A program made the position numbers and the translations under genes. Source: Nemertoderma westbladi (taxonomy: Eukaryota > Animalia > Xenacoelomorpha). Taken from it: a DNA stretch of 43,641 bases. Positions 26,538 through 39,500 of this stretch are shown here, in pieces. The notes under the pieces are model-generated. The model did no database searches and was not told the DNA's origin. It was given only the letters and a program-made list of their open reading frames with translations. The stretch spans positions 1 through 43,641 of the forward strand of contig JAUCBJ010001710.1 in the NCBI GenBank assembly GCA_032718475.1, given 5' to 3'. Each line of letters starts with the position of its first letter. The first letter of the stretch is position 1.

Positions 26538-26714
26538 GATAAAGATTACTAACCTAAATCCATAAAAAAAGATTTAGTAACGCTCGTAGCGCTATTATTA
26601 GCATATCATCTAACGTCATGTAGTTCTACATGATGGCCGCCGTATAACATATTAAATTATAATTAAAATAACACAGTAATTACACTTTCACTCATTTTCC
26701 AAACGACAAAAGTT

Positions 26715-28110
26715 CTAAGAAACTTCGATCATCTCGACGCTAGAGTGCGAAGCGGAGCGAGCGTCGCTGTCGCTAAACTGATGACCCCCGTTGCTAGGGA
26801 GACCCGTATCCCGAGGGAACACCATGGACTGACTCCGTTGCTCGAGGGTTATATGCGACTCGTTCGATGATTCGCTGACAGTCAGACAGCGGCGGTGTTC
26901 GGGGGAGGAGCTCTCGCTGCGAGAGGAAGAGCGGAGGAGTTGGGAGGCGTCCTCAGTACGGGAGGAAACCCGGAGGAGCGGGGAGCCGGGTGAGTCAATA
27001 AACCCGCCGCTGTCCTGCGACTCGTGGGGTTGCAATAAGGCACTGGAAGGCGACGCCTCATCGCGGCTAGTCGGGGAACCCATGACATTGCGATCCCATG
27101 ACGTCACTCTGGGACTCTTCTTCCGGAAGCGGAGGTTGGATCGACGGGTCGCCTCCCGTTTCTGACCCTTCGGAGGTTTATCCAAGAGGAGTTTACTACT
27201 GTCGTCCGGGGGAAGCCCCCCGGGGTTGCGGGTTAGTTCGCTAATATTGGTGGAGCCGATATAGAAGGATGGGGATACCCCCCGCTCGGGCAACGGGGGC
27301 CGAGTCGAGGGGGACGGGGGGCATTTCGGGGGGGAAGGGGCGCATCTCGGGAAGAATGGGTTAAACGATAGGGACTCTTTCGTCAGCGGATCCGGGGAGT
27401 TCATCGTCAACTTGTTGGCGAGATCGGCCGACGGCGACGGAAGGAGGTCGGTAGGGCCTCCACGCGGCGTGGTATGGAGTAGACGAGTGGTGAAGGAGAC
27501 AGAAAAGGGGCCAAGCAAAGGGAGGGGCACCTCTTCCTTCGAGTAGACCGGTCGCATCTCCACCGATTCTAATTTCAGTTTGGCTGGGAACATCGGAGTT
27601 GTCGGTGAGAATACGGGAACGCTGGCTGAGTGGGCCATGGAGTGGGGCGAGCCATCGCTGTAGGTGGACGTTAGGGAGCGGGGCGAGTCGCTAGTGGTTG
27701 CGGGCGTGGTGGAAGTCCGAGCTCGCTGGACAGCGGGATAGAGACTCGGCACCTTGACCTTGGGGACGATAAAGAACTCGGGATACCTGAGGTCGGCCGG
27801 GAGACTCGTGGGCCGACACAGACCGGGTCGGCCGGTCGATTTGCGACTCCGTTTCGCGTCTGAGTGCAGACAGCCCGGCGTCGACGGGGGGCCCAGGAGA
27901 CCCAACGGGGAGGAGATCTTCAGACTGAGACTCGTTAAGGAAGAGTTCCGACTCCGTAAAGATGAGTCACTCTGAGTTTCTGTAGAGGCAGTCGAGGCGT
28001 CGCTAAGACAACGCTCCGACGATTTCCTGGCGTTTTGTTTCTCGAATTCCAATAATTGCCCGAGAAAATTAAAATTAGGGGATATTGTTGGTCGTTTGTC
28101 CTTCACATAA
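26715..28110 (-). CDS. DUSP8/16: Last coding exon of a DUSP8/DUSP16-like dual-specificity MAP kinase phosphatase
   Basis: The acceptor TTTTTTCTCCTTTCAG immediately precedes 28110 on the minus strand. The exon encodes YVKDKRPTISPNFNFLGQLLEFE, then a long Ser/Pro-rich tail ending SSVEMIEVS*, which resembles the IEVS terminus of vertebrate DUSP8/16. It is GC-rich and fully open. Confidence 0.95.
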
Positions 28111-28191
28111 CTGAAAGGAGAAAAAAAAGATATGAAGTGAAGTGAAATAAAAAGTGGGTGAAAATATAGAAATATTTACTTCAATTGTAAT

Positions 28192-29850
28192 TGAAATCAA
28201 CCCCCCCCCCCCCTCGGCTCAATAAAACCCAACTGAAATCAATCCTCCACCCCACCACCCCTCGGCTCAATAAAACCCAACTGAAATCAATCCTCCACCC
28301 CACCACCCCTCGGCTCAATAAAACCCAACTGAAATCAATCCTCCACCCTACCACCCCTCGGCTCAATAAAACCCAACTGAAATCAATCCTCCACCCCACC
28401 ATCCCCTCGGTTCAATAAAACCCAACTGAAATCAATCCTCCACCCCACCACCCCCTCGGTTCAATAAAACCCAACTGAAATCAATCCTCCACCCCACCAC
28501 CCCCTCGGCTCAATAAAACCCAACTGAAATCAATCCTCCACCCCACCACCCCTCGGCTCAATAAAACCCAACTGAAATCAATCCTCCACCCCACCACCCC
28601 TCGGCTCAATAAAACCCAACTGAAATCAATCCTCCACCCTACCACCCCTCGGCTCAATAAAACCCAACTGAAATCAATCCTCCACCCCACCACCCCCTCG
28701 GTTCAATAAAACCCAACTGAAATCAATCCTCCACCCCACCACCCCCCGGCTCAATAAAACCCAACTGAAATCAATCCTCCACCCCACCCCCCCCCTCGGC
28801 TCAATAAAACCCAACTGAAATCAATCCTCCACCCCACCACCCCCTCGGCTCAATAAAACCCAACTGAAATCAATCCTCCACCCTACCACCCCTCGGTTCA
28901 ATAAAACCCAACTGAAATCAATCCTCCACCCCACCACCCCTCGGCTCAATAAAACCCAACTGAAATCAATCCTCCACCCTACCACCCCTCGGCTCAATAA
29001 AACCCAACTGAAATCAATCCTCCACCCTACCACCCCTCGGCTCAATAAAACCCAACTGAAATCAATCCTCCACCCTACCACCCCTCGGCTCAATAAAACC
29101 CAACTGAAATCAATCCTCCACCCCACCACCCCCTTCGGTTCAATAAAACCCAACTGAAATCAATCCTCCACCCCACCACCCCCCGGCTCAATAAAACCCA
29201 ACTGAAATCAATCCTCCACCCCACCACCCCCTCGGCTCAATAAAACCCAACTGAAATCAATCCTCCACCCCACCATCCCCTCGGTTCAATAAAACCCAAC
29301 TGAAATCAATCCTCCACCCCACCACCCCCCGGCTCAATAAAACCCAACTGAAATCAATCCTCCACCCCACCACCCCCTCGGCTCAATAAAACCCAACTGA
29401 AATCAATCCTCCACCCCACCATCCCCTCGGTTCAATAAAACCCAACTGAAATCAATCCTCCACCCCACCACCCCCCGGCTCAATAAAACCCAACTGAAAT
29501 CAATCCTCCACCCCACCACCCCCTTCGGTTCAATAAAACCCAACTGAAATCAATCCTCCACCCCACCACCCCCCGGCTCAATAAAACCCAACTGAAATCA
29601 ATCCTCCACCCCACCACCCCCTCGGCTCAATAAAACCCAACTGAAATCAATCCTCCACCCCACCATCCCCTCGGTTCAATAAAACCCAACTGAAATCAAT
29701 CCTCCACCCCACCACCCCCCGGCTCAATAAAACCCAACTGAAATCAATCCTCCACCCCACCACCCCCTCGGCTCAATAAAACCCAACTCAATCCTCCACC
29801 CCACCACCCCCCCGGCTCAATAAAACCCAACTGAAATCAATCCTCCACCC
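28192..29850. repeat. Intronic minisatellite, 48-49-bp monomer CTGAAATCAATCCTCCACCCCACCACCCCTCGGCTCAATAAAACCCAA, ~34 copies
   Basis: 48-49-bp period, filling most of DUSP intron 28111-30513. Confidence 0.97.
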
Positions 29851-30513
29851 TACCCCCCTCCTCACCCCTTAACTTTATCGTTAGTTTCCCACCAACAGTA
29901 ACTAGTAACCGAACTATTATTAGGCACAAGTTACCGGGACCTGCCCCAAAGGTGTGCCCCGTCAGCCTAACTTCAGTGCACATTGGGCTCCATGGCAACC
30001 CAATCAAACGAACACAATGGATACCAGCAGCAGCTCTGCCTACTCGCTACTGTAGAGGAGGTTGGAGCCAGTGGACGACGCACTGGGGGTGAGTCATCGG
30101 TTGTATAACCGGCCGGCCTCAGTGAAGCTCGGAGAAACATATGGTAACGCTCTAGTGAGGTCGCTAAACTAAGCAAAGAGAGAGAGAGGGGGGGGGGGGG
30201 GGGGGGTAGCTACTGTACAATGCCATGAATGTGAGTAGCACGATGAATATACTACAGTAATTATATGTGAACTCTATCACTCTATGCCCTACATATCACC
30301 GCACCAGCCACTCTATGCCAATCTCCTATAATATTCCCATAAAGGATAAAGTAGTAAGTAATTAATGAATCAGTTTGATTTCATCAGAATTTAATATCGT
30401 GGGTACAGAGTGCAAAAATAAACACCTCAAAAACAATTTGAAAATGTATGCCACATGATTCTTTCCAACTGACTATGTAGACTTACACACCAGCTACAAG
30501 GATAGACACCTAC

Positions 30514-30637
30514 CGGTATGCATCGTCTGATGACATCGCAAAGTATCTCATAATATATCCAATAGAGAGAGTTGCAGACCTCGAGATCCCAGCTAGACAA
30601 TGCACCAACACAGTACCTCCACTCTCATGCACTCGAT
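30514..30637 (-). CDS. DUSP8/16: Catalytic-loop exon (124 nt) of the DUSP8/16-like phosphatase; absent from the ORF track
   Basis: Encodes RVHESGGTVLVHCLAGISRSATLSIGYIMRYFAMSSDDAYR with an intact HCX5R motif. It has a TTTCAG acceptor and a GTAGGT donor. The terminal CG plus the first T of the next exon gives an in-frame Arg codon. Confidence 0.96.
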
Positions 30638-30737
30638 CTGAAATACAATAAATAACTCAGAATAACGCAAAAAATGGTACCACAAGTAATAACTAAAAGG
30701 TTTTCAGGAAATAGCGATACGTAGCGATAAGTATCTA

Positions 30738-30827
30738 TACAGGTTATAAGACTGAAATAAGCGCTATAAACACTTAATAAGGAGGAATCGACCGTAAAGT
30801 GAAAATGTGGTATTCTTCACGCGGGCC
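30738..30827 (-). mobile_element. Fragment of the MITE-like family seen at 14272-17203
   Basis: The reverse complement of 30788-30826 resembles 14272-14310. The reverse complement of 30738-30780 nearly matches 16419-16462. Confidence 0.8.
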
Positions 30828-31399
30828 ATATTTGAAACATCTTTGTGTGGCACTGGTGGTAGTTACCAGTGGGGTGGGGTGGATCAGATTACAGTGGCAT
30901 GTGGCACTGCGGTCACGTTGAGGCAGGTCGTGACATTGGCGCCAAGCCATCAACGTACTAAATACCGCCGGGCTTTCTCACTGCAACCTTCTAGTCGGCG
31001 CTAAAACCGAAGAAATTGGCGTTTATCTTCAACTACGTAAGAGAAACAAACACAAAGAATAGTCGTCAAAGAAGGAATTCTTTGGAACAAATGGAATGGA
31101 ATCCGAGCCCGAAATAAACGGTGACTCATAACGAATAGAAACTCCTTTATAATAAAGGTGAATGCAGCAGCCATCTCCTCCTTGTTTGTACGTAGCTATG
31201 ACTACGGAGCGTAGTTGGAAGGGAAGGAAGCCGGGAGCTGGGATAACGATTCCATTGGGATGACTCATCGAGAGAAGGATGGTGGATTACAATATGGAAG
31301 GAGTTGGAATGCTGCCAGTAATTCTATGTGTCGTCGGGAGGGAATGTAAGGCAGGTGGAACTAATCTGGTAGTCCGAACGCGATCGTCATTAGCAAAGG

Positions 31400-32170
31400 C
31401 GTCGCTAAACAGACAGCTGGAGAAGGACAGAGGTAAATGGCCCACGGGTCACGCCGACAATTCAATTGAAGAAATCTTGAGAATTTTAGGTGGTATTACG
31501 TGGAATTCCCGTAGGAGCGGGCAACCCCACATCCATGGATGGTTGTACTACCATAGTACTACAATTAGATCACTCACAGTGGGCGCGCAACTATTCCTAT
31601 TCCAATAAGTTTAGCTGCAAATAAAACCAGCAGTTAATCAAGAAATAAATGCAGACCCGACAATATTTTTCGATTTTCCTCTTTCGATAGCTGCTAACCT
31701 AAGTTAGGGGTGGACGCTACCTCTTATCTGTGCTATTTTTTAACGAAATTCAAATTGTGCTACATATTCCCACATCGGAGACACTTTTTTCCAAACGCTT
31801 GTAGCTAAAGAATGAAAGCAAAAATAAAAATTCTGGCTCAACCAGGGAGGAGGAGGGAGGTGAAACTATCTCTGTCTCAAATTTCATGCAATCTCATTGA
31901 GATTTGTAGAAAAATTAGGGGGGGGGGGGGGCGTGTCACTGAATTACGACACTATTATTCTGGGACATGGCGTAATAAAGTTACAACTTATGAGAGCCAA
32001 ATTTAGAATGGCATCATCTAGACCACGGTGAAGTGCGACCCGCGTCATAATCTGTCTACTAATATTTTTTCCCGGTTCTGATAAATGGATTGATGGTCGC
32101 CCAATCTCCATCTCTGGACCGCAATGTCGCTTTAATTCGGATTCGAGGAATATTATATGTATTTAATCAA
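31400..32170 (+). pseudogene. Probable heavily decayed Helitron/Helentron Rep (HUH endonuclease) fragment
   Basis: Degenerate motifs occur in order across frameshifts: RQLEK...AD...EEILRIL (from 31411), YYVEF/RSGQPHIHGWLY (31494-31548), C..CYIFP (~31730-31772) and WSPNLHL..EYYMYL (~32095-32165). Recognised by eye only. Confidence 0.5.
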
Positions 32171-33553
32171 TGATTTATGATTACGACGGATCATCGCGTG
32201 TTAGTTGCTGATAGCGAACGACGGGGAATAATAACCAATGGAGAATGTATGAGGCCGTTATTGTTGGGCGCAGTAATGGGTTTATTAATCAGAGCGACAG
32301 TTTATCACTCAGTGAAAATGTACAGCAACAATAAACCAACAGTAACAGCTACATTCGTGGGATTAAGGTTCAATAATAAAATAGCCACTAAAATATATCG
32401 TATTGTGCGAACGAGTTTCTTAATTAAAGGCGCGTATTGCGGGGTGGATTGAGGAAGCAATCCTTGGGGGTTTGTTAAACCGAATCGGAAAGAACCACGC
32501 CCTAAACCGACAGTACGTGAGGTTGGTCGGACAGTAATCGATACGACAAGAGACCGGGCACCAGGAAGGGCAATGAACTCGGAACTGCGAATCTCATAAA
32601 TTATTCCGCTTCTCCAAGGAAACAGCCCAGTAAGCGGTGAGGCAGTAAATGGCCATGAAACACGCAGTAAAGAAATAAAGTTTGTGAGTAAATAAACTGA
32701 ATCAGAGAAATAAAATTTGCGCGAAATTATTTTTATCACTTTGAAACTGCAGGGATGCGACCAACAGAATAACAATTTGTCTTTATTCAGTTCCAGTTGA
32801 ATTACTTGTAGAACTGCTACTATTCAGCAGTAATGTATCCTCGGGAAGTAAGTAAATAAATAAACAAGTTAATTACAATGCGAGACGAGACGTGACCCCT
32901 TGCCCTTATGAACTGACTAGACTATGACGCAAATATGGCCCAATCGATGTGGATGGATGGGGATAGACCTGGAAAAATCTCCCGAAACGAAAGATGCAAT
33001 CATGTGCGACAAAACCGTTGAAACTCGATCCTACAAATAATCCGAAAAAAGATTAGGTAACGTAATAGTAAGCAAGTGATGTCTACAATATCCAGTCCTG
33101 CTCCTGGGTAGCTATCCTATGTGGCTATAAATCATTCTAACACATCAAATAGTTGAATAAAAGTAGTTGAAGCCAGACGACATCAAAGGTTTCCACTTCA
33201 ATAAATAGAGAGATCGGATACATTAAACATTAATGTAATGAAAGTCCTCGATAAAATTCGTGACAGTAGAACACTTAAACTGAGCATTAAATCGGTACCG
33301 TATACGGTGAGAGATGGAATGGGTGGGGTAAACCCATGTTATAGAGGGAATCCTAAATCAGCAGTACTACCCCTAACTGTACCGGTACCGCGTACCGGTA
33401 TGTACTGTAATGTGCGTCCAAAAATACTGTCGCACAATCACAGATTCACAGATATACTGTTGATTGAAATATTTGAATATTTACGCGGTAAATAAACCAA
33501 TTCGTACCAACATAATAAATAGTATACGATTTGTTTTTTGTTTTATCATAATT

Positions 33554-36500
33554 AATTCTAACTATAACACACAAACTAACCTTAATTCTAACTATAACAC
33601 ACAAACTAACCTTAATTCTAACTATAACACACAAACTAACCTTTACTCTAACTATAACACACAAACTAACCTTTACTCTAACTATAACACACAAACTAAC
33701 CTTTACTCTAACTATAACACACAAACTAACCTTAATTCTAACTATAACACACAAACTAACCTTAATTCTAACTATAACACACAAACTAACCTTTACTCTA
33801 ACTATAACACACAAACTAACCTTAATTCTAACTATAACACACAAACTAACCTTTACTCTAACTATAACACACAAACTAACCTTAATTCTAACTATAACAC
33901 ACAAACTAACCTTAATTCTAACTATAACACACAAACTAACCGTAATTCTAACTATAACACACAAACTAACCTTTACTCTAACTATAACACACAAACTAAC
34001 CTTAATTCTAACTATAACACACAAACTAACCTTTACTCTAACTATAACACACAAACTAACCTTAATTTTAACTATAACACACAAACTAACCTTAATTCTA
34101 ACTATAACACACAAACTAACCTTAATTTTAACTATAACACACAAACTAACCTTTACTCTAACTATAACACACAAACTAACCTTAATTCTAACTATAACAC
34201 ACAAACTAACCTTAATTCTAACTATAACACACAAACTAACCTTAATTCTAACTATAACACACAAACTAACCTTAATTCTAACTATAACACACAAACTAAC
34301 CTTAATTCTAACTATAACACACAAACTAAGCTTAATTCTAACTATAACACACAAACTAACCTTAATTTTAACTATAACACACAAACTAACCTTAATTTTA
34401 ACTATAACACACAAACTAACCTTAATTTTAACTATAACACACAAACTAACCTTAATTCTAACTATAACACACAAACTAACCTTAATTCTAACTATAACAC
34501 ACAAACTAAGCTTAATTCTAACTATAACACACAAACTAACCTTAATTTTAACTATAACACACAAACTAACCTTAATTTTAACTATAACACACAAACTAAC
34601 CTTAATTTTAACTATAACACACAAACTAACCTTAATTTTAACTATAACACACAAACTAACCTTTACTCTAACTATAACACACAAACTAACCTTTACTCTA
34701 ACTATAACACACAAACTAACCTTAATTCTAACTATAACACACAAACTAACCTTAATTCTAACTATAACACACAAACTAACCGTAATTCTAACTATAACAC
34801 ACAAACTAACCTTAATTCTAACTATAACACACAAACTAACCTTAATTTTAACTATAACACACAAACTAACCTTTACTCTAACTATAACACACAAACTAAC
34901 CTTTACTCTAACTATAACACACAAACTAACCTTAATTCTAACTATAACACACAAACTAACCTTAATTCTAACTATAACACACAAACTAACCTTAATTCTA
35001 ACTATAACACACAAACTAACCTTTACTCTAACTATAACACACAAACTAACCTTTACTCTAACTATAACACACAAACTAACCTTAATTCTAACTATAACAC
35101 ACAAACTAACCTTAATTCTAACTATAACACACAAACTAACCTTAATTCTAACTATAACACACAAACTAACCTTAATTTTAACTATAACACACAAACTAAC
35201 CTTAATTCTAACTATAACACACAAACTTACACACACACAACACAACACACACACAAACTAACCTTAATCTAACTATAACACACAAACTAACCTTAATTCT
35301 AACTATAACACACAAACTAACCTTAATTCTAACTATAACACACAAACTAACCTTAATTCTAACTATAACACACAAACTAACCTTAATTCTAACTATAACA
35401 CACAAACTAACCTTAATTCTAACTATAACACACAAACTAACCTTTACTCTAACTATAACACACAAACTAACCTTTACTCTAACTATAACACACAAACTAA
35501 CCTTAATTCTAACTATAACACACAAACTAACCTTAATTCTAACTATAACACACAAACTAACCTTAATTCTAACTATAACACACAAACTAACCTTTACTCT
35601 AACTATAACACACAAACTAACCTTTACTCTAACTATAACACACAAACTAACCTTAATTCTAACTATAACACACAAACTAACCTTTACTCTAACTATAACA
35701 CACAAACTAACCTTAATTCTAACTATAACACACAAACTAACCTTAATTCTAACTATAACACACAAACTAACCTTAATTCTAACTATAACACACAAACTTA
35801 CACACACACAACACAACACACACACATAACTAACCTTAATCTAACTATAACACACAAACTAACCTTAATTCTAACTATAACACACAAACTAACCTTAATT
35901 CTAACTATAACACACAAACTAACCTTAATTCTAACTATAACACACAAACTAACCTTAATTCTAACTATAACACACAAACTAACCTTTACTCTAACTATAA
36001 CACACAAACTAACCTTTACTCTAACTATAACACACAAACTAACCTTAATTCTAACTATAACACACAAACTAACCTTAATTTTAACTATAACACACAAACT
36101 AACCTTAATTCTAACTATAGCACACAAACTAACCTTTACTCTAACTATAACACACAAACTAACCTTTACTCTAACTATAACACACAAACTAACCTTAATT
36201 CTAACTATAACACACAAACTAACCTTAATTCTAACTATAACACACAAACTAACCTTAATTCTAACTATAACACACAAACTAACCTTAATTTTAACTATAA
36301 CACACAAACTAACCTTAATTCTAACTATAACACACAAACTAACCTTAATTTTAACTATAACACACAAACTAACCTTAATTCTAACTATAACACACAAACT
36401 AACCTTAATTTTAACTATAACACACAAACTAACCTTAATTCTAACTATAACACACAAACTAACCTTAATTTTAACTATAACACACAAACTAACCTTAATT

Positions 36501-39500
36501 TTAACTATAACACACAAACTAACCTTAATTTTAACTATAACACACAAACTAACCTTTACTCTAACTATAACACACAAACTAACCTTTACTCTAACTATAA
36601 CACACAAACTAACCTTAATTCTAACTATAACACACAAACTAACCTTAATTCTAACTATAACACACAAACTAACCGTAATTCTAACTATAACACACAAACT
36701 AACCTTAATTTTAACTATAACACACAAACTAACCTTAATTTTAACTATAACACACAAACTAAACTTAATTCTAACTATAACACACAAACTAAGCTTTACT
36801 CTAACTATAACACACAAACTAACCTTAATTCTAACTATAACACACAAACTAACCGTAATTCTAACTATAACACACAAACTAACCTTAATTTTAACTATAA
36901 CACACAAACTAACCTTAATTTTAACTATAACACACAAACTAAACTTAATTCTAACTATAACACACAAACTAAGCTTTACTCTAACTATAACACACAAACT
37001 AACCTTAATTCTAACTATAACACACAAACTAACCTTTATTCTAACTATAACACACAAACTAACCGTAATTCTAACTATAACACACAAACTAACCTTAATT
37101 CTAACTATAACACACAAACTAACCTTAATTTTAACTATAACACAAAAACTAACCTTAATTTTAACTATAACACACAAACTAACCTTAATTCTAACTATAA
37201 CACACAAACTAACCGTAATTCTAACTATAACACATCACAAACTAACCTTTACTCTAACTATAACACACAAACTAACCTTAATTCTAACTATAACACACAA
37301 ACTAACCTTTACTCTAACTATAACACACAAACTAACCTTAATTCTAACTATAACACACAAACTAACCTTAATTCTAACTATAACACACAAACTAACCGTA
37401 ATTCTAACTATAACACACAAACTAACCTTTACTCTAACTATAACACACAAACTAACCTTAATTTTAACTATAACACACAAACTAACCTTTACTCTAACTA
37501 TAACACACAAACTAACCTTAATTTTAACTATAACACACAAACTAGCCTTAATTCTAACTATAACACACAAACTAACCTTAATTTTAACTATAACACACAA
37601 ACTAACCTTTACTCTAACTATAACACACAAACTAACCTTAATTCTAACTATAACACACAAACTAACCTTAATTCTAACTATAACACACAAACTAACCTTA
37701 ATTCTAACTATAACACACAAACTAACCTTTACTCTAACTATAACACACAAACTAACCTTTACTCTAACTATAACACACAAACTAACCTTTACTCTAACTA
37801 TAACACACAAACTAACCTTAATTCTAACTATAACACACAAACTAACCTTAATTCTAACTATAACACACAAACTAACCTTTACTCTAACTATAACACACAA
37901 ACTAACCTTTATTCTAACTATAACACACAAACTAACCTTTACTCTAACTATAACACACAAACTAACCTTAATTATAACTATAACACACAAACTAACCTTA
38001 ATTCTAACTATAACACACAAACTAACCTTTACTCTAACTATAACACACAAACTAACCTTAATTCTAACTATAACACACAAACTAACCTTAATTCTAACTA
38101 TAACACACAAACTAACCTTAATTCTAACTATAACACACAAACTAACCTTAATTCTAACTATAACACACAAACTAACCTTAATTCTAACTATAACACACAA
38201 ACTAACCTTAATTCTAACTATAACACACAAACTAACCTTAATTCTAACTATAACACACAAACTAACCTTTACTCTAACTATAACACACAAACTAACCTTA
38301 ATTCTAACTATAACACACAAACTAACCTTAATTCTAACTATAACACACAAACTAACCTTTACTCTAACTATAACACACAAACTAACCTTAATTTTAACTA
38401 TAACACACAAACTAACCTTAATTTTAACTATAACACACAAACTAACCGTAATTCTAACTATAACACACAAACTTACACACACACAACACAACACACACAC
38501 ATAACTAACCTTAATCTAACTTTAACACACAAACTAACCTTAATTCTAACTATAACACACAAACTAACCTTAATTCTAACTATAACACACAAACTAACCG
38601 TAATTCTAACTATAACACACAAACTAACCTTAATTTTAACTATAGCACACAAACTAACCTTTACTCTAACTATAACACACAAACTAACCTTTACTCTAAC
38701 TATAACACACAAACTAACCTTAATTATAACTATAACACACAAACTAACCTTAATTTTAACTATAACACAAAAACTAACCTTAATTTTAACTATAGCACAC
38801 AAACTAACCTTTACTCTAACTATAACACACAAACTAACCTTTACTCTAACTATAACACACAAACTAACCTTAATTATAACTATAACACACAAACTAACCT
38901 TAATTTTAACTATAACACACAAACTAACCTTAATTCTAACTATAACACACAAACTAACCTTAATTTTAACTATAACACACAAACTAAGCTTAATTCTAAC
39001 TATAACACACAAACTAACCTTAATTTTAACTATAACACACAAACTAACCTTAATTTTAACTATAACACACAAACTAACCTTAATTTTAACTATAACACAC
39101 AAACTAACCTTTACTCTAACTATAACACACAAACTAACCTTTACTCTAACTATAACACACAAACTAACCTTAATTCTAACTATAACACACAAACTAACCT
39201 TAATTCTAACTATAACACACAAACTAACCGTAATTCTAACTATAACACACAAACTAACCTTAATTTTAACTATAACACACAAACTAACCTTAATTTTAAC
39301 TATAACACACAAACTAAACTTAATTCTAACTATAACACACAAACTAAGCTTTACTCTAACTATAACACACAAACTAACCTTAATTCTAACTATAACACAC
39401 AAACTAACCGTAATTCTAACTATAACACACAAACTAACCTTAATTTTAACTATAACACACAAACTAACCTTAATTTTAACTATAACACACAAACTAAACT

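Noticed and set aside
28104-28106. ORF-track start codon for the 463-aa protein
   Set aside because: It is an internal GTG (Val). The exon begins at the splice acceptor at 28110.
31029-32775. Minus-strand ORFs as LINE endonuclease or upstream DUSP exons
   Set aside because: I found no GDFN or SDH motifs and no phosphatase or rhodanese motifs. The plus-strand Rep reading fits better.
33380-33400. TACCGGTAC-CGC-GTACCGGTA hairpin
   Set aside because: TACCGGTA-type short palindromes recur throughout the window and mark no clear boundary.
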